A stretch of DNA of 64,000 nucleotides from Phoronis australis (taxonomy: Eukaryota > Animalia > Phoronida): assembly GCA_002633005.1 (NCBI GenBank), contig NMRA01000006.1:789861-853860 (forward strand), written 5' to 3'. Shown piece by piece: positions 63,149-64,000 of this stretch (positions are counted from its first letter, which is position 1; each line of letters opens with the position of its first letter). The notes below the pieces were generated by a model. That model was not told the origin of the DNA. It ran no database searches and saw only the letters and a list, made by a program, of their open reading frames with translations. Position numbers and translations under genes: made by a program.

Positions 63149-64000
63149 GTATGGCCATTACATTCAGGTGATTGCTCTGTACAGAAATAACCCACTGCTC
63201 AACCTGGAAAATAATGCAGGAGTAATAAAAAGTATTCTCAGGTGTGATCATCTGAAAGTTTTGTTACAATTAAACTATAAGTAACAACATTGTGGTTTGA
63301 TGTTGAGGTTGAGCTTCTTAATGTGAAAAATGCAGCATGACATGAAATTGTCATTTCCATCATTGACTATAGTACATAGGCCACCAACTCCGTATATATT
63401 CAGTGGACGAAATCTGTGATCTTACACATAAGCTGTGACGTCATTACTCACAAATGACACCTAGCAGACAAAGCACGCTTTACTTCCGGCAAGTTTGTCA
63501 TCTGCTGGACATGCATGGTCCTGTTGTTGGGTTTTGGATTGGTGATTTTGCCCAACTCACATCCATGTTTAAATAAATTGAACGCTCGTAAAATGTTAAC
63601 TTCTTAAATAAAGCTCATATTAATACTCCAGAAATAACCGCCTGGCCTACTCAATCCCAAACTTCAGCAGTTTACGTACTCCACGGGACGTTTCATTTTA
63701 AACTCGAAAACACGCTGGTGCCGTTCAAAATTTCTGGACTCTACTATTGTAAGACTTTGAACAGCGTTTTAATGCCAAAATTATTTTTTTTCCTTGTACT
63801 AGATAGTAAGATAGATGCAAGAATTTTCCATCTCAATGCACTAACCCGAACCTGAGTTTGCTCTACGTTTAGAGGGTGGCGCCTCCTCTAGGATATTTTG
63901 CAAGAAAGTTTCGGAGTTGTGAATCTGTTGTCTATAGTCTAGGTTTACATTGAATACTTGCCATTGTCCAGGGAGTTCAGACAGCTCATTTCCATATCCT

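Overview
AT-rich, intron-containing animal genomic DNA. The repeat types and gene forms suggest a marine invertebrate, but that is inference. There are three N-gaps (18387-18792, 26305-26495, 38920-39025). I reconstructed six host genes by reading GT-AG exons and checking phase. (1) The transmembrane half of an SLC4A11-like transporter (+, 11 exons, 7079-23334), with a decayed RNase H-containing LOA-like LINE (-, ~462-6125) in its upstream intron. (2) A SERBP1/HABP4/Vig-family RNA and ribosome-binding protein (-, 26179-39825). (3) ZNF367 (+, 40400-43457), head-to-head with SERBP1 across a 574-bp region carrying E2F, CHR and YY1 motifs. (4) An intronless, divergent HSF-DBD gene (+, 49651-50373). 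(5) A short FAM110 gene (-, 52178-52750). (6) The first three coding exons of RSPH10B (+, 58795-63148). The most interesting observations are two tandem, diverged 72-nt exons that each encode the conserved G-x-K...GGG-S-x-NWG segment of SERBP1 (candidate mutually exclusive exons); an HDV-like ribozyme core at the 5' end of the LINE with a 47-bp tandem array looped into J1/2; a candidate intronic C/D snoRNA; and MITE families with unusual 5-bp and 6-bp target-site duplications. Two identical duplications beside Ns look like assembly artefacts.
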